A stretch of 64,000 nt of DNA, from IMG/VR virus record IMGVR_UViG_3300027833_000016; one strand, given 5' to 3'. Shown in pieces: positions 17,272 to 28,211 of this stretch. Within the stretch, counting starts at the first letter, position 1. Every line of letters begins with the position of its first letter. The stretch comes from a virus. Both the position numbers and the translations under genes were made by a program. Under the pieces are notes generated by a model, which saw only the letters and a program-made list of their open reading frames with translations, made no database searches and was not told the origin of the DNA.

Positions 17272-18620
17272 TGGAAAGACAATCCCAGTTTAAATACAAG
17301 GTAGCAAAGATTACGTCCGATAGGATGGGTGATCAGTTTACCTTGGATGTTCGTCCATTGATTGTTGAACTCGTGTTCTTCGAATCTTTGGACAAACCAT
17401 ATGTGACAGGACAGATTGCGATCTCTGATGATCAAGCAATCTTTGATAGTATTACATTCTCTGGTACAGAAAGAATTAATCTCCAAATGATGAGTGAGTT
17501 GTCTGCTAGTGAGAATGAAGATGTTGTTATGGATAGAAGTTTTGTTCTAACAGGCATTGACACTATTGTCAAGTCATCTAACTCTGGTTCTTCTTCGATC
17601 TATGTGTTCTCCTTTATGGACGAACACGCAATGATCAGTAAGACCAAGAACATCTCTCGCTCAGTAAAGGATGACCTCAATACCGAGATTTTAAAGTTAT
17701 GTGGTAATGAGTGTGGTGCTGATGTTGATATGTCTTATGCGTCTGAGTCTGTCCAAGGTAACTTCCGTGGTATCATACCCTATATGCATCCATTAGAAGC
17801 GGCATCATGGTTGTGCGGTAAAGCAACAACTAACCTTGGTATGCCATTCTTCTTATATGGTACTGCATTCGACAAGAACATAAGACTTGGTTCTTTGGAT
17901 AAGATGTTGGAGCAACCTGCATGGAATGAAGATATACCATTCCTGTTCTCTCCTGCCAATACACAGAAGCAAGAGTTGACTGGCGATCCTACGTCACAGT
18001 ACTTCCAAGTACAGAGTATGAAGTCTACGTCATTACAGAATACATTTAAACAACTACAGACAGGTGGTATCGGTTCAAGATATACTGTTACTGATATATC
18101 TAACGGACGTAACACTTCACAGCATTTTAGTATAGATCGTATGATTGATCAAGCAAATGAGGCAGGTCTTATTGATAAGACTAAGCAGAACATATACGAT
18201 CCCGAATATAAGACTCCTGACTTTGATGTTGTTAACATCTCTGGCGATCATCTACATGACACAGACGCACAGATATTCCACAATGTAGTTTCTCGCGGAG
18301 TGTATGGTGATAAGAAATCTTTGCATGACGAAGTAAGTCCTGCTATGTTCCTCAAGAAGATAGAGAATCTGGCATACCGTAATGCAATCTATAAGAATAT
18401 GATTGACGTTACATTACCGGGACCGGGATTCATTAAGTCTGGTGGTACTGTCGGTGACAAGATTAAGATCAATGTATTGAATGATGATAACGGTAAGGAT
18501 GGTGGACTTGATAGACTAAGGAGTGGTGATTTCCTTGTTTACAATACAAGACATACCTTTAAGAATGCTCGTCACGATGTGGCACTTACCGTGTTCAAAT
18601 TAGAGAAGGGATCAAAATGA
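17271..18620 (+). CDS. baseplate hub protein (gp27-like)
   Basis: FESLDKPYVTG.I...D, GTE.I, IIPYMHP and SGDFLV...RH motifs; lies between gp53 and gp5. Confidence 0.6.
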   Translation: MERQSQFKYKVAKITSDRMGDQFTLDVRPLIVELVFFESLDKPYVTGQIAISDDQAIFDSITFSGTERINLQMMSELSASENEDVVMDRSFVLTGIDTIVKSSNSGSSSIYVFSFMDEHAMISKTKNISRSVKDDLNTEILKLCGNECGADVDMSYASESVQGNFRGIIPYMHPLEAASWLCGKATTNLGMPFFLYGTAFDKNIRLGSLDKMLEQPAWNEDIPFLFSPANTQKQELTGDPTSQYFQVQSMKSTSLQNTFKQLQTGGIGSRYTVTDISNGRNTSQHFSIDRMIDQANEAGLIDKTKQNIYDPEYKTPDFDVVNISGDHLHDTDAQIFHNVVSRGVYGDKKSLHDEVSPAMFLKKIENLAYRNAIYKNMIDVTLPGPGFIKSGGTVGDKIKINVLNDDNGKDGGLDRLRSGDFLVYNTRHTFKNARHDVALTVFKLEKGSK

Positions 18621-19483
18621 TTAAGTATTATGGAGACAAGACACGATGGTTCGTGGGCGATGTCATTGACGGAACACCCCCTTATGGTTATGAAGGTAGG
18701 GTACGAGTGCGCATACACGGTGTACACAATCCGTCTGCACGTCAAATAGCACAGAACGATCTACCTTGGGCACAGGTTGTATTGCCTACTACCGAAGGTG
18801 GCGTGTCTGGTTTGGGTACTACTCCAAGAATAGAAGCAGGGGCACTAGTCTTTGGTTTCTTTATGGACGGAAAACAATCTCAGGTTCCTTTGATCCTTGG
18901 GTCAATACCTCGTACCGAATACCCTAGTCCAGTACAGAAATCTGTTGCATATCAAGATCTAACCGAAAGAACTGATCCTAACGTAGAGTTCTACAATATA
19001 TCAAAATCAGGTATCAATGAGAAGGATCCTTCTCTTGGCAACGAATTGTCTATGCAACCTATCACAGAAGTGATGGCAAAGTATCGTAGAGATATTGCTG
19101 TAAGATTCTTTTTGTCAAATGGTTACACAATCAAGCAGTCGTGTGCTATCGTGGGTGTTATGGCAGAGACAAATCCTACATTCAATACTACTTATGAGAA
19201 TGCAGGTGGTATTGGATTGATGGGATGGAGCGACATAAGATTAACTCGACTCAAACAGTTTAGCACATCTTGGATGTATTTTAGCGTACAACTTGCCTTC
19301 ATTATGTTTGAACTAAATACTACAAAGGTAGATGCAAACGTTCGTATACTTAACTCTGATGTTATTGATAAGAGTAAAGGTAAGTCTTTAGGTGAGATAC
19401 TTTCTAGATTCTATGCTCCTATTGTAAACGATTATAGTTCCCAAGTCAAGAGAGTATATGAAATATATGCTAATAAGGTATAA
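18617..19483 (+). CDS. gp5 N-terminal OB domain fused to a phage tail-lysozyme-like domain
   Basis: WFVG.V, GRVRVRI.G.H, DLPWA, V.GFFMDG..Q.P.ILG; C-terminal AIVG..AET...GIGLMGW..R...L resembles Phage_lysozyme2. Confidence 0.8.
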   Translation: MIKYYGDKTRWFVGDVIDGTPPYGYEGRVRVRIHGVHNPSARQIAQNDLPWAQVVLPTTEGGVSGLGTTPRIEAGALVFGFFMDGKQSQVPLILGSIPRTEYPSPVQKSVAYQDLTERTDPNVEFYNISKSGINEKDPSLGNELSMQPITEVMAKYRRDIAVRFFLSNGYTIKQSCAIVGVMAETNPTFNTTYENAGGIGLMGWSDIRLTRLKQFSTSWMYFSVQLAFIMFELNTTKVDANVRILNSDVIDKSKGKSLGEILSRFYAPIVNDYSSQVKRVYEIYANKV

Positions 19484-19485
19484 CG

Positions 19486-21480
19486 ATGTCTAAGATAGAT
19501 ACAATCAATGCTAAACTTGCCGCCAATGCCAAACAGGTCGGAGCAGAGTCGCACACTGGTAATATTTTACAAGCGGCAAAGAACGCTACCGAAGTAAAGA
19601 AAGCAAACACGTTGACCGTGCTTGGTAGTGATGTGGGTGCGGTGACGAATGGTTATCAGAGTTTAGACAACTGTCCTATTAGTCAGACCGATCCAAGCAA
19701 ACTACTAAACAATGTATTATCAGGTGATACCTCTAGTAAGTTGACTCAGGTGATGCCTAGTGCTACTGCATTCCCTAGTACTGATCCTGCCGCATTCAAG
19801 GTAAAGACACTGGGTGCCGCGACTACCTCAATGGTAGCACAGGTTATCCAAACAAATGTATTCGATAGTGCAGGTGATCTAATAGGTCACGATTCTGCAT
19901 CCTTGGGATCATTGGTTCCTACCGTGACACTTGGTGCTGATGTAACTCAGACGGTAAATGAAGTAATGACTTCCTTGACTGGAATCGTACCTCCACTGGA
20001 ACCAATTACTATTGTGTCTTTGGGTGGGTCTGCCGTAGATGCTATCGCAGGTGCTATAGTAGAAGCAAAAGAATCTAAAGCAACTATCCTCGCTAAGATC
20101 AGCACCGTGGCAGGTGAAGCAAGTAAACAAGCAGGTGGGGTTGGACAAGATTCATTGAAAGGCAGTGCCGACATGAAGAAGGTAATGCAAGAAAAGGATA
20201 CATTAGTCGGTGAGGTTCTGGGTGCAGTAAGTGCCGTAGAAGGTCTTGCTGATACTGCCGCTGAAACTGCCGCAAATGCTGTAGGATCTGCGCTTGGTGG
20301 ACTACAAGACAAATTAGAAACTAGTGTCGGTGACCTTACTGCATCTATTGAAAATGGAATGTCTGATGTATTGGATGGTGTTGCCAAGGCAGTAGGCGAA
20401 GGTCTTTCTAATATTGTTGGTCAAGTTGCGGATGGATTATCTGATGTGGTAGGTTCGTTACAAGTATTGGGAGAACAATTGACAGGTGCATTGAAGAGTG
20501 CTTTCGCAGGTGCGATAGGTGGGTTGCCATTATCTGATGAAAAGATTTCCGAATTAACATTGCTTATGCAAAAGGGTGATGATGTTTCCAAGACTAAAGC
20601 GGCAGTGATACTGGCGCAAGCGGCAGATCCTAGTCCTGCTATGAAGAAGGTTATTGCAGACGCAGGTGATAATGCCTCTACTGTAACTGGTTTTAAAGAA
20701 CTAGTAGAGTCTAAAGCAAGGGCGGCAGGTATTCCTACCGCAGAAGTACAGAAGTTTAGTGCTACTCAAGACAAGATTGAAGCATCATTAGAAGCAGTGA
20801 CTACTACTATTGCAGGATCTAATGTATCCGAAGCAGGTACATTCTATAAAGAAGAAGTAGATCTAGCAGAACTTGCCAAAAGATATAAAGAATCAAGTAC
20901 TAAAGTATTCCCTTATGTTAACTCTAAGGAAGAACTTCAGTTAGAGATCCGCAAGACAACTCGTGATGTTAGTGAGATCGTAGTCCATGCCACCGAGAGT
21001 TACACCAATGCTAATATCGGTAGTGAAGAGATTCATATACGACACATCGAAGCAGGGCATGATGGTATTCAATATCACTATGTCATTAGACGCGATGGTA
21101 CACTACAACGTGGTATGCCAACGGATACTCCGAGTACTGCCAGTGCTATTCTGGGGCACGACAAGAACTGTATTGATGTTGCATTGGTCGGTGGTGTTAA
21201 CGTACCGTCCGAAGCAGACTATCCATTGTTAAATTTAAGTGCATCATCATTTACCCAAGCACAGATGAAGACTCTAGAAGCAGTATGTGAATCATTCTAT
21301 CTGAAAGTTTCGGGTGGTCAAGTGATGGGTCACAATGCTATAGATAGAAACTCTCAAGATCCATACTTTGATGTTGTGTCTTATGTCGAAAACAAGTTCG
21401 GCAAGAAGAGTGTGTACAAAGACCTTCTGACCGAAACATCATTATCACTGAAAGACTTGATTACGAAGAGAGCAGTATGA
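19486..21480 (+). CDS. virion protein with C-terminal N-acetylmuramoyl-L-alanine amidase (Amidase_2) domain
   Basis: IVVHAT, GIQYHYVIRRDG, GHN and DPYFDV motifs; long A/G/S-rich helical N-terminal region. Confidence 0.8.
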   Translation: MSKIDTINAKLAANAKQVGAESHTGNILQAAKNATEVKKANTLTVLGSDVGAVTNGYQSLDNCPISQTDPSKLLNNVLSGDTSSKLTQVMPSATAFPSTDPAAFKVKTLGAATTSMVAQVIQTNVFDSAGDLIGHDSASLGSLVPTVTLGADVTQTVNEVMTSLTGIVPPLEPITIVSLGGSAVDAIAGAIVEAKESKATILAKISTVAGEASKQAGGVGQDSLKGSADMKKVMQEKDTLVGEVLGAVSAVEGLADTAAETAANAVGSALGGLQDKLETSVGDLTASIENGMSDVLDGVAKAVGEGLSNIVGQVADGLSDVVGSLQVLGEQLTGALKSAFAGAIGGLPLSDEKISELTLLMQKGDDVSKTKAAVILAQAADPSPAMKKVIADAGDNASTVTGFKELVESKARAAGIPTAEVQKFSATQDKIEASLEAVTTTIAGSNVSEAGTFYKEEVDLAELAKRYKESSTKVFPYVNSKEELQLEIRKTTRDVSEIVVHATESYTNANIGSEEIHIRHIEAGHDGIQYHYVIRRDGTLQRGMPTDTPSTASAILGHDKNCIDVALVGGVNVPSEADYPLLNLSASSFTQAQMKTLEAVCESFYLKVSGGQVMGHNAIDRNSQDPYFDVVSYVENKFGKKSVYKDLLTETSLSLKDLITKRAV

Positions 21481-22916
21481 CTACAACAACTAAAAAGGTA
21501 TCGATAGGTGACAATCCCGCAGTAGAGAATACTGAAGGGGTACCAATTGATGGTTTCCAAGATCCCACAGGTGAGTATCCCAAGAGAGAATACCACTACG
21601 GATCATCGATAAACAAATCTGCTCGTGGACTAAAGGTAGAGAACCTTTATCTGGGTGGTGGTACCGAAGGGGTATCGCTGAATCTAGAAGACCAAGAACC
21701 TTCTCGTTTCCCTTTCAACCAAGTCAAGGAGACTTCCTCTGGACATATCATCTCATACGATGATACTCCCGGTGGTGAACGCGTACTTATCAAACATCGT
21801 ACAGGTGCAGGTGTAGAAGTTCGGGCAGATGGATCTGTCATTATCTCTTCTTTGAATAATAAGGTTGAAGTAACTGGGGGTGACCAAACTGTTATTGTTG
21901 AAGGTAATGGTAAGTTGGTGTATAATGGTAACCTCAACCTAGAAGTTACTGGAGATTACAATGTCAATGTTGGGGGCGACTACAACGTCAACACCAACGG
22001 CAATCAAAACACCAAGGTAAGAAAGAACAACATAACCGAAGTAGGATTGAACACAAACTATCTTACCAAAGGGACTCATGTCCAGAAGACAGTAGAACAC
22101 GAGTCGCGTATCGTATTAGGTAACGAGAATCATATCGTTAAGGGATACTGGAGAAACCAGATTGGTGCAGAGATCGAAATGTTCACTGGTAACCGTTTCC
22201 AAGTATCTGCTGAAGAAGAGTTTGCAATCACTGCACTTCAAGGTAATATCTCTGCGACTGAACTCTCAGTAATTGGTATGAAGGGTGTGATTGGTGGTGA
22301 GGCAGTTGAGTTTACATCTCCTGTCTATATGGGGCCAATGGGTGCCACACCATTTACTTCGGGTGCATCTTTCTATGGTTCATTCCACGGACAGGCACTA
22401 GAAGCAATCAAATCTAACTATGCATACAAAGCAGAGAATGCCAAGACTTCCGAGAAAGCAAGTAAGGAAAGTCCGGGACAACCAAGTGGTGGTGCCCCAG
22501 AAGTACCTACCAATATGGAAAGTCTTACCCCTGTTAAACCAGTACCAATTTGTGATGCGGTTTCGGGTATACTTTCTGATGGACATCTTTCTATCCGTGC
22601 AGTTTCAATCGATCCGCTTGATGCATTGAGAAACTCGTTATTATTACGAGACGATTATGCAGGGTTGTTTGAGAAAGATCCAACCATTGATGAGATTAGA
22701 TCAACGCTAAGAGACGTTGCCAACCGAACAATTAAGAATGAAGAAGATCAGAAGTTCGTTGATATACTAATACAGAACGAAGTGATAAGTGCCCAATGGG
22801 AAGCACCATTACCATTTAAGATAGGTCGTGTTGCAAAAGGAACTGCTACAACTCCAACATTCGGATACACCGCATTAGGTAACTCAATAGACCATAGAGG
22901 AAAGATATTCAAATGA
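21477..22916 (+). CDS. gp5 C-terminal beta-helix spike region
   Basis: DP.G.YP, ET.SGH...YDDTPGGER..I.HRTG and V.G[DN] octad repeats. Confidence 0.82.
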   Translation: MTTTTKKVSIGDNPAVENTEGVPIDGFQDPTGEYPKREYHYGSSINKSARGLKVENLYLGGGTEGVSLNLEDQEPSRFPFNQVKETSSGHIISYDDTPGGERVLIKHRTGAGVEVRADGSVIISSLNNKVEVTGGDQTVIVEGNGKLVYNGNLNLEVTGDYNVNVGGDYNVNTNGNQNTKVRKNNITEVGLNTNYLTKGTHVQKTVEHESRIVLGNENHIVKGYWRNQIGAEIEMFTGNRFQVSAEEEFAITALQGNISATELSVIGMKGVIGGEAVEFTSPVYMGPMGATPFTSGASFYGSFHGQALEAIKSNYAYKAENAKTSEKASKESPGQPSGGAPEVPTNMESLTPVKPVPICDAVSGILSDGHLSIRAVSIDPLDALRNSLLLRDDYAGLFEKDPTIDEIRSTLRDVANRTIKNEEDQKFVDILIQNEVISAQWEAPLPFKIGRVAKGTATTPTFGYTALGNSIDHRGKIFK

Positions 22917-23518
22917 TAGTTTTACCTGACCAGAAGTTCAACCCTAACTTCCAAGACATAATATCGTCTAGTACGAAACTAGCACCGGGAGTTTCACTTG
23001 CTAAGTTCCTTGGCACCAAAGGCAACCCATGTAGTTTGACAACCGTACCCAAGTATCAGAATGACCAGACAGAACGGAAACAACTAGCACGGAACCTATA
23101 CCTCCACGCAGAACTGTTCCGTAGTGTTAATGGTAATACTGATATGTTCAAGGACGTTCGTTTGATTGTGACCGAAAGTGTCTACCGTGGTGGCCCAATA
23201 GAAACAGTTGCAGGTGATAACCTCACTAAGCAAGAAGGTCGATTGGTAGTATATAAAGTAGTGGGAGAAGACGGAAAGATCGATTATGAGAGAACGTTTG
23301 ATCTAGCAGTGTTTTGGAAAGACTACATGAACTATGATAAACTCTCATTAGAATACGATATGTGGAATCCCAATGGTGTACTGAATGCGCAGATTGCAGT
23401 CGAAACACCCAAGGTACCAGAGTCTTTTGATGTATCATTTGGTGGTAAAGTACAGACTAACTTTAATGGGTCGCTTTTATCGGCAGATGAACTCACAGAA
23501 GTTCTAGAAGATGTATAA
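22913..23518 (+). CDS. hypothetical baseplate-associated protein
   Basis: ATGA-coupled, between the gp5 spike gene and gp25. Confidence 0.75.
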   Translation: MIVLPDQKFNPNFQDIISSSTKLAPGVSLAKFLGTKGNPCSLTTVPKYQNDQTERKQLARNLYLHAELFRSVNGNTDMFKDVRLIVTESVYRGGPIETVAGDNLTKQEGRLVVYKVVGEDGKIDYERTFDLAVFWKDYMNYDKLSLEYDMWNPNGVLNAQIAVETPKVPESFDVSFGGKVQTNFNGSLLSADELTEVLEDV

Positions 23519-23521
23519 ATA
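23514..23521 (+). promoter_or_regulatory. late promoter TATAAATA
   Basis: Exact consensus upstream of gp25. Confidence 0.75.
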
Positions 23522-23548
23522 GAACTATAAGAATTTTAGGATAGTAAG

Positions 23549-23998
23549 ATGGCAAGAGCATTCTCAGTAGAAGACGGTAAACTTGATAACCAAGTCACGT
23601 TAAACGCTACAAACAACCGCGAGTACATAGACATTGATATGTCTTTCTCTGCGAAACCGACTGGTGACATTTATAAAAAGAATGCTGTGGCGGCAGTTAA
23701 GCAGTCACTCAAGAACCTATTAATGACAGCACGAACCGAGAAACCATTCCAAGCATACTTTGGATGTAATCTCAATTCGTATTTGTTTGAACTTGCAGAC
23801 GCAGGTACAGTAGGTGAGATCAAGATTGCTATCCGAGAGAATGTAAGAGTGTATGAACCAAGGGTCGATCATAAGAAATTGGTCATCCGATGTGTATTGT
23901 CTCCAGACGATAACACTCTTACAATAACATTAGTTTTTAACGTATTGAATTCTGGCGAACAATCAGAGTTCACAACACGACTGAATAGGTTACGATAA
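23549..23998 (+). CDS. gp25: baseplate wedge subunit gp25
   Basis: Y.DID.SF, AVKQSLKNL..T...EKPF...FG, LFE and YEPRV motifs. Confidence 0.92.
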   Translation: MARAFSVEDGKLDNQVTLNATNNREYIDIDMSFSAKPTGDIYKKNAVAAVKQSLKNLLMTARTEKPFQAYFGCNLNSYLFELADAGTVGEIKIAIRENVRVYEPRVDHKKLVIRCVLSPDDNTLTITLVFNVLNSGEQSEFTTRLNRLR

Positions 23999-25977
23999 TG
24001 GCAACAACAATACACAGTTCTTCTTTAGACTTCACAGCGATAAAGAATAATTTAAAGACATACTTACAGCAACAGTCTGAGTTTAAAGACTACGACTTTG
24101 AAGCGGCAGGTCTTTCAAATATTCTTGATGTGTTGGCATACAACACGCACATGAATGGACTGACTGCCAACTTTGCCTTGAACGAATCGTTCTTGAATAC
24201 TGCACAGTTGAGATCCAGTGTTGTGTCACACGCAGAGACTTTGGGTTATGTTCCTGCGTCTAAGACTGCCGCACAAGGAACAGTCAACCTATCCTTCAAC
24301 ATTGGTATCGACCAAGAAGATGTACCTGAGAAATTACAGGTATCTTCTGGTTATAAGTTTACCTCTTCTGTTAACGATGCGTCATATACATTCCAAACTC
24401 AAGAGTTAATCGAAGCAACTAACGATGGCAATAACTTCTTTCAGTTTCAGACACTAGATGGATCCACAGAGATTCCTGTCTTCGAAGGTATTGCTAAGAC
24501 TAAGACATTCTTCGCAGGTGAAGATACCGAAGGTACGCTGTACATAATCCCAGATGTAAACATGGATCGATCTACTGCTGTAGTAAAGGTATACGAGAGT
24601 GCAACGTCTGGCGACTTTACCTCTTTCATTAACCTAGAGGTTGCGAACAACATTGACGTAACAACTCCTGCATATATCCTCAAGGAAGCACCTAATGGAT
24701 ACTATGAGTTGTCGTTCGGTAATGGTTCTACTTTAGGTGCAGTACCTACCGCAGGTTCCAAGGTCACAATAGAATACTTATCAGTAGATGGTTCTAATGC
24801 CAACGGTGCGAGATTATTTGAACCAGTTGATACTATCGAAGTAACCGAACCCACGAGTGGTATCGGTCTCGAACGATTACCTGTCGTATCTACTACTAAC
24901 CGATCAGTCGGTGGTTCTGCCAAAGAGTCACTCGCATCTATTCGTAAGAACTCTCCGTATCGATATGCCTCACAGAACAGAATGGTAACCCATGCTGACT
25001 ATGCTTCCTTAGTACTTCGTACATACGGTTCATTGATTGATGACATCATTGCATGGGGTGGAGAAGATAACCTAGTACCAGAGTATGGTATGGCATTCCT
25101 CTCTATCAAGTTCAAGTCAGACGTAACTGACAGTCTCAAAGAAGTAACTAAAGACAACATCCGTGTGTTGGTTGATCAATTGTCAATTGCCTCCTTTGGA
25201 TTGAAGTACACAGATCCAGTAGTAACTTTTATTGAAAACAATGTGTTCTTTCAATATAACCCAGATTACACTAACTTGTCAATCAATGCTTTACAGGAAT
25301 CTGTAAGAAACGTGATGACTAATTACTATACGACTAACACTGGTAAGTTCGGACAAGCATTCAGACGTTCGCAACTACTCGCATTGATTGATGACGTGAG
25401 TCCTGCTATCCTATCTTCTCGTGCAGATGTTAGTATGCAACAACGTTTCACCCCCTCTGGTGGCGTAGAAGGTAACTTCAGTTTTGACTTCCCGACTCCG
25501 ATATCTAATCCTCTGATTGATCAGAAGGTTATTAGGTCTTCGGTATTCAAAAAGACTACTGCCAAAGGATTATTGAACTGTCAAATAGTAAACAAAGAGA
25601 CAAAGAACATCGTAACAATTGATACGCTAACATCGAACGTAATTGTTGTTGGTAAAGTTAATACAGTTACTACTGCCGCACTTGGCGAGAACAATATAAC
25701 TACCACGTCCTCTAGTACTCAAGAAGTTCAACAAGGTCTAGTATTACAGATCATTGATACTGGTACAGGTGATGTTGTTGTAGATAACGTAGGATACTAT
25801 ATTCCCGGTGCAGGTATAGTGCATCTAGTAGGATTCAAAGCAGACGAATCTATTGAGATCAAGATTAGTGCTATACCTGCCAACCAGAGTGCGATAGTAC
25901 CAAATAGAGAATACATTCTCGAATACGATAACACTAGACTAAGTGCTAAAGGTCTGCGTACTACAGCGAGTAACTAA
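23998..25977 (+). CDS. gp6: baseplate wedge subunit gp6
   Basis: LDF..IK.NLK.YL, DYDFE..GLS.ILDVLAYNTH, NESFL.TAQLRSSVVSHA and QNRMVT..DY motifs. Confidence 0.93.
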   Translation: MATTIHSSSLDFTAIKNNLKTYLQQQSEFKDYDFEAAGLSNILDVLAYNTHMNGLTANFALNESFLNTAQLRSSVVSHAETLGYVPASKTAAQGTVNLSFNIGIDQEDVPEKLQVSSGYKFTSSVNDASYTFQTQELIEATNDGNNFFQFQTLDGSTEIPVFEGIAKTKTFFAGEDTEGTLYIIPDVNMDRSTAVVKVYESATSGDFTSFINLEVANNIDVTTPAYILKEAPNGYYELSFGNGSTLGAVPTAGSKVTIEYLSVDGSNANGARLFEPVDTIEVTEPTSGIGLERLPVVSTTNRSVGGSAKESLASIRKNSPYRYASQNRMVTHADYASLVLRTYGSLIDDIIAWGGEDNLVPEYGMAFLSIKFKSDVTDSLKEVTKDNIRVLVDQLSIASFGLKYTDPVVTFIENNVFFQYNPDYTNLSINALQESVRNVMTNYYTTNTGKFGQAFRRSQLLALIDDVSPAILSSRADVSMQQRFTPSGGVEGNFSFDFPTPISNPLIDQKVIRSSVFKKTTAKGLLNCQIVNKETKNIVTIDTLTSNVIVVGKVNTVTTAALGENNITTTSSSTQEVQQGLVLQIIDTGTGDVVVDNVGYYIPGAGIVHLVGFKADESIEIKISAIPANQSAIVPNREYILEYDNTRLSAKGLRTTASN

Positions 25978-27128
25978 TGCCAAACCATACTATCTTAGAT
26001 AAAACATTAGTAGACACGAATAGACGTGACATCAATCTTCGGGAACCCCAAGTTGAGTCCGTCTTACCCGATCATATTCTAGCAGAGTATCCGAAGTTTG
26101 TCTCGTTTCTAAAACACTACTATGACTTTGAGTCACAGAATACATCCTTAACTCGTTTCTTAAACAATATGTTCGAGACGAGGGATGTTACACAGACTGA
26201 CAAAGATCTACTAAGTTATTTCGAAGACGAGTATCTATTAGGTCAGAACTACTTCAAAGGTTTCGTAGATAAGAGGACTGCTGTTAAGTACTCTAGTTAT
26301 CTCTACAGAACCAAGGGTACTAGATACTCTATACAACAATTCTTCAAGACATTCTTTGACATTGAACCAGATGTAGTGTATACTAAACAATATATATTTA
26401 CATTAAATGAATCAAAGGTAGGTGCAGAATCATCTAGATATATCACCGACAACAAATTATATCAAACCTTTGCTGTACAGATTAGATCAGAATTATCTAT
26501 CGCGCAGTGGAGAGATGCCTATAAGTTGATCGTGCATCCGGCAGGAATGTATCTTGGTGGACTTACACAGATCGTAGGTGCCGCAGGATTCGATAATGCT
26601 CAGTACGATCCGGGCGAAGCAATTAAACCACCAATCGTATTGGAAGGTCAGGCAGGATTCGAGAATCTGGCGTTCGAGCAGAACACCGCACTATTCGACT
26701 TTGGTATAACAAGTGACGCAGGTGCCGTATTGAAATTCAGAACTAGATTGGGTAGTAGCGCAGGTAAGGCACAAGATAGTGCAGATCTTGCACTAGGTAT
26801 TCCACGCGGTAATGATTGGTCAGATCTTGAGAATCTTACTGTCGATAACCTTGATAGAATGTATTCTAGTCTTGGTGAGTACCTCACTCCAGATAGTCCA
26901 ACGTTGGATGATGATAGTGATGGATCAACATTGTACAGTGGATTCGACTTATCTTCTAGCGAACTGATCGACCAAGAGACATTCACTTGGAACCCTGCTG
27001 TGACTAGGTTCGACTCTGCTAACTCTGCATTGCTAGTTACAGATACAATAAATAGAGGAGCAATACGCTCCGTAGGCGATTCTGATTCTGAGATATCTTT
27101 GCGTGAGATAATCAGAAGAGGGATGTAA
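25977..27128 (+). CDS. baseplate wedge subunit (gp7-like)
   Basis: YPKFVSFL.HYY, YRTKGT..S...FF and VHPAGM motifs; synteny. Confidence 0.7.
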   Translation: MPNHTILDKTLVDTNRRDINLREPQVESVLPDHILAEYPKFVSFLKHYYDFESQNTSLTRFLNNMFETRDVTQTDKDLLSYFEDEYLLGQNYFKGFVDKRTAVKYSSYLYRTKGTRYSIQQFFKTFFDIEPDVVYTKQYIFTLNESKVGAESSRYITDNKLYQTFAVQIRSELSIAQWRDAYKLIVHPAGMYLGGLTQIVGAAGFDNAQYDPGEAIKPPIVLEGQAGFENLAFEQNTALFDFGITSDAGAVLKFRTRLGSSAGKAQDSADLALGIPRGNDWSDLENLTVDNLDRMYSSLGEYLTPDSPTLDDDSDGSTLYSGFDLSSSELIDQETFTWNPAVTRFDSANSALLVTDTINRGAIRSVGDSDSEISLREIIRRGM

Positions 27129-27135
27129 ATAATAG

Positions 27136-27143
27136 TATAAATA
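27136..27143 (+). promoter_or_regulatory. late promoter TATAAATA
   Basis: Exact consensus upstream of 27169. Confidence 0.75.
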
Positions 27144-27168
27144 GAAGTAATAATATTCGGGAAGTAAG

Positions 27169-28188
27169 ATGACTAGACAAGTATTAAACAGAGGAACGAT
27201 TGCGAATGATGGCACAGGCGATACGCTTCGCGGTGCCGCATTAAAGATCGAACAGAACATTATCGAGATCTACAATAAGTTAGGTGACGGTGATGCACTG
27301 ACTCCTCTTATTGACTTCGATTCGGCAGGGATTATCTTTAAAGATTCCGCAGGTGGATCATTCTCGTCTCGAATTGGTGTTGTTGCTCCGACTGGTAATA
27401 ACCTAATCTATGTCCCGAATGCTTCGGGTCAGTTGGTTATGGATGCCGCAACTCAGACACTCACCAATAAGACTCTGACTAGTGCGGTTCTTACCACTCC
27501 TCAGATCAACGACACTAGTGCTAATCACCAGTATGTTGTTGCAGTAAGTGAACTTGCCGCAGACAGAACAGTCACACTCCCATTGTTGGGTGCCGCAGAT
27601 GAGTTTACATTCAATAGTCATACACAGACACTTGTTAACAAGACACTTACTGCTCCACGAATAGATAATATTCGTATGGGTGATGGTGATGGTATACTTG
27701 ATAGTGCAGGTAACGAACAACTATTATTTGTTGCAGACTCCTCTTCTCCAGTTAACTATCTTCGCATTACAAGTGGACGTACCAATGTTGCACCGATACT
27801 TAAAGCAGTAGGCGAATCTACTACTTCATTGTCATTGCAAGGATCTGGTAATGGTGCTGTACAAATTGACTCTAAACTTGTTCTTAAAACACAAAGTGTG
27901 GGTGGTGCAGGTGCGTTAAGTGTTAATGTTCCAGTATCAGTTATCGTGAATAATTCTGGTGCAACTTATACTCTACCTAATGGTACTCAGACTGGTGAAG
28001 TGAAGTATATAACCAACACAAAGAATGTTAATGCCGTTATCACACCAACATCATCTAACATTGGTGCAGTTTCTACTATAACATTGACACAAAATGACTC
28101 AGTAATGCTTATGTGGTTCACCAACCAATGGGCAATAATAAATACATATGGTGCGTCTACTGGATCCTCTGATCCGGCAGTTGCCTAA
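27169..28188 (+). CDS. baseplate wedge / fibre connector with gp9/gp10-type N-terminus
   Basis: G..ANDGTGDTLR.A..KI..N..EIY motif; QTLTNKTL repeats. Confidence 0.75.
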   Translation: MTRQVLNRGTIANDGTGDTLRGAALKIEQNIIEIYNKLGDGDALTPLIDFDSAGIIFKDSAGGSFSSRIGVVAPTGNNLIYVPNASGQLVMDAATQTLTNKTLTSAVLTTPQINDTSANHQYVVAVSELAADRTVTLPLLGAADEFTFNSHTQTLVNKTLTAPRIDNIRMGDGDGILDSAGNEQLLFVADSSSPVNYLRITSGRTNVAPILKAVGESTTSLSLQGSGNGAVQIDSKLVLKTQSVGGAGALSVNVPVSVIVNNSGATYTLPNGTQTGEVKYITNTKNVNAVITPTSSNIGAVSTITLTQNDSVMLMWFTNQWAIINTYGASTGSSDPAVA

Positions 28189-28211
28189 CAACATAAATTA
28201 GGAATAGATAA

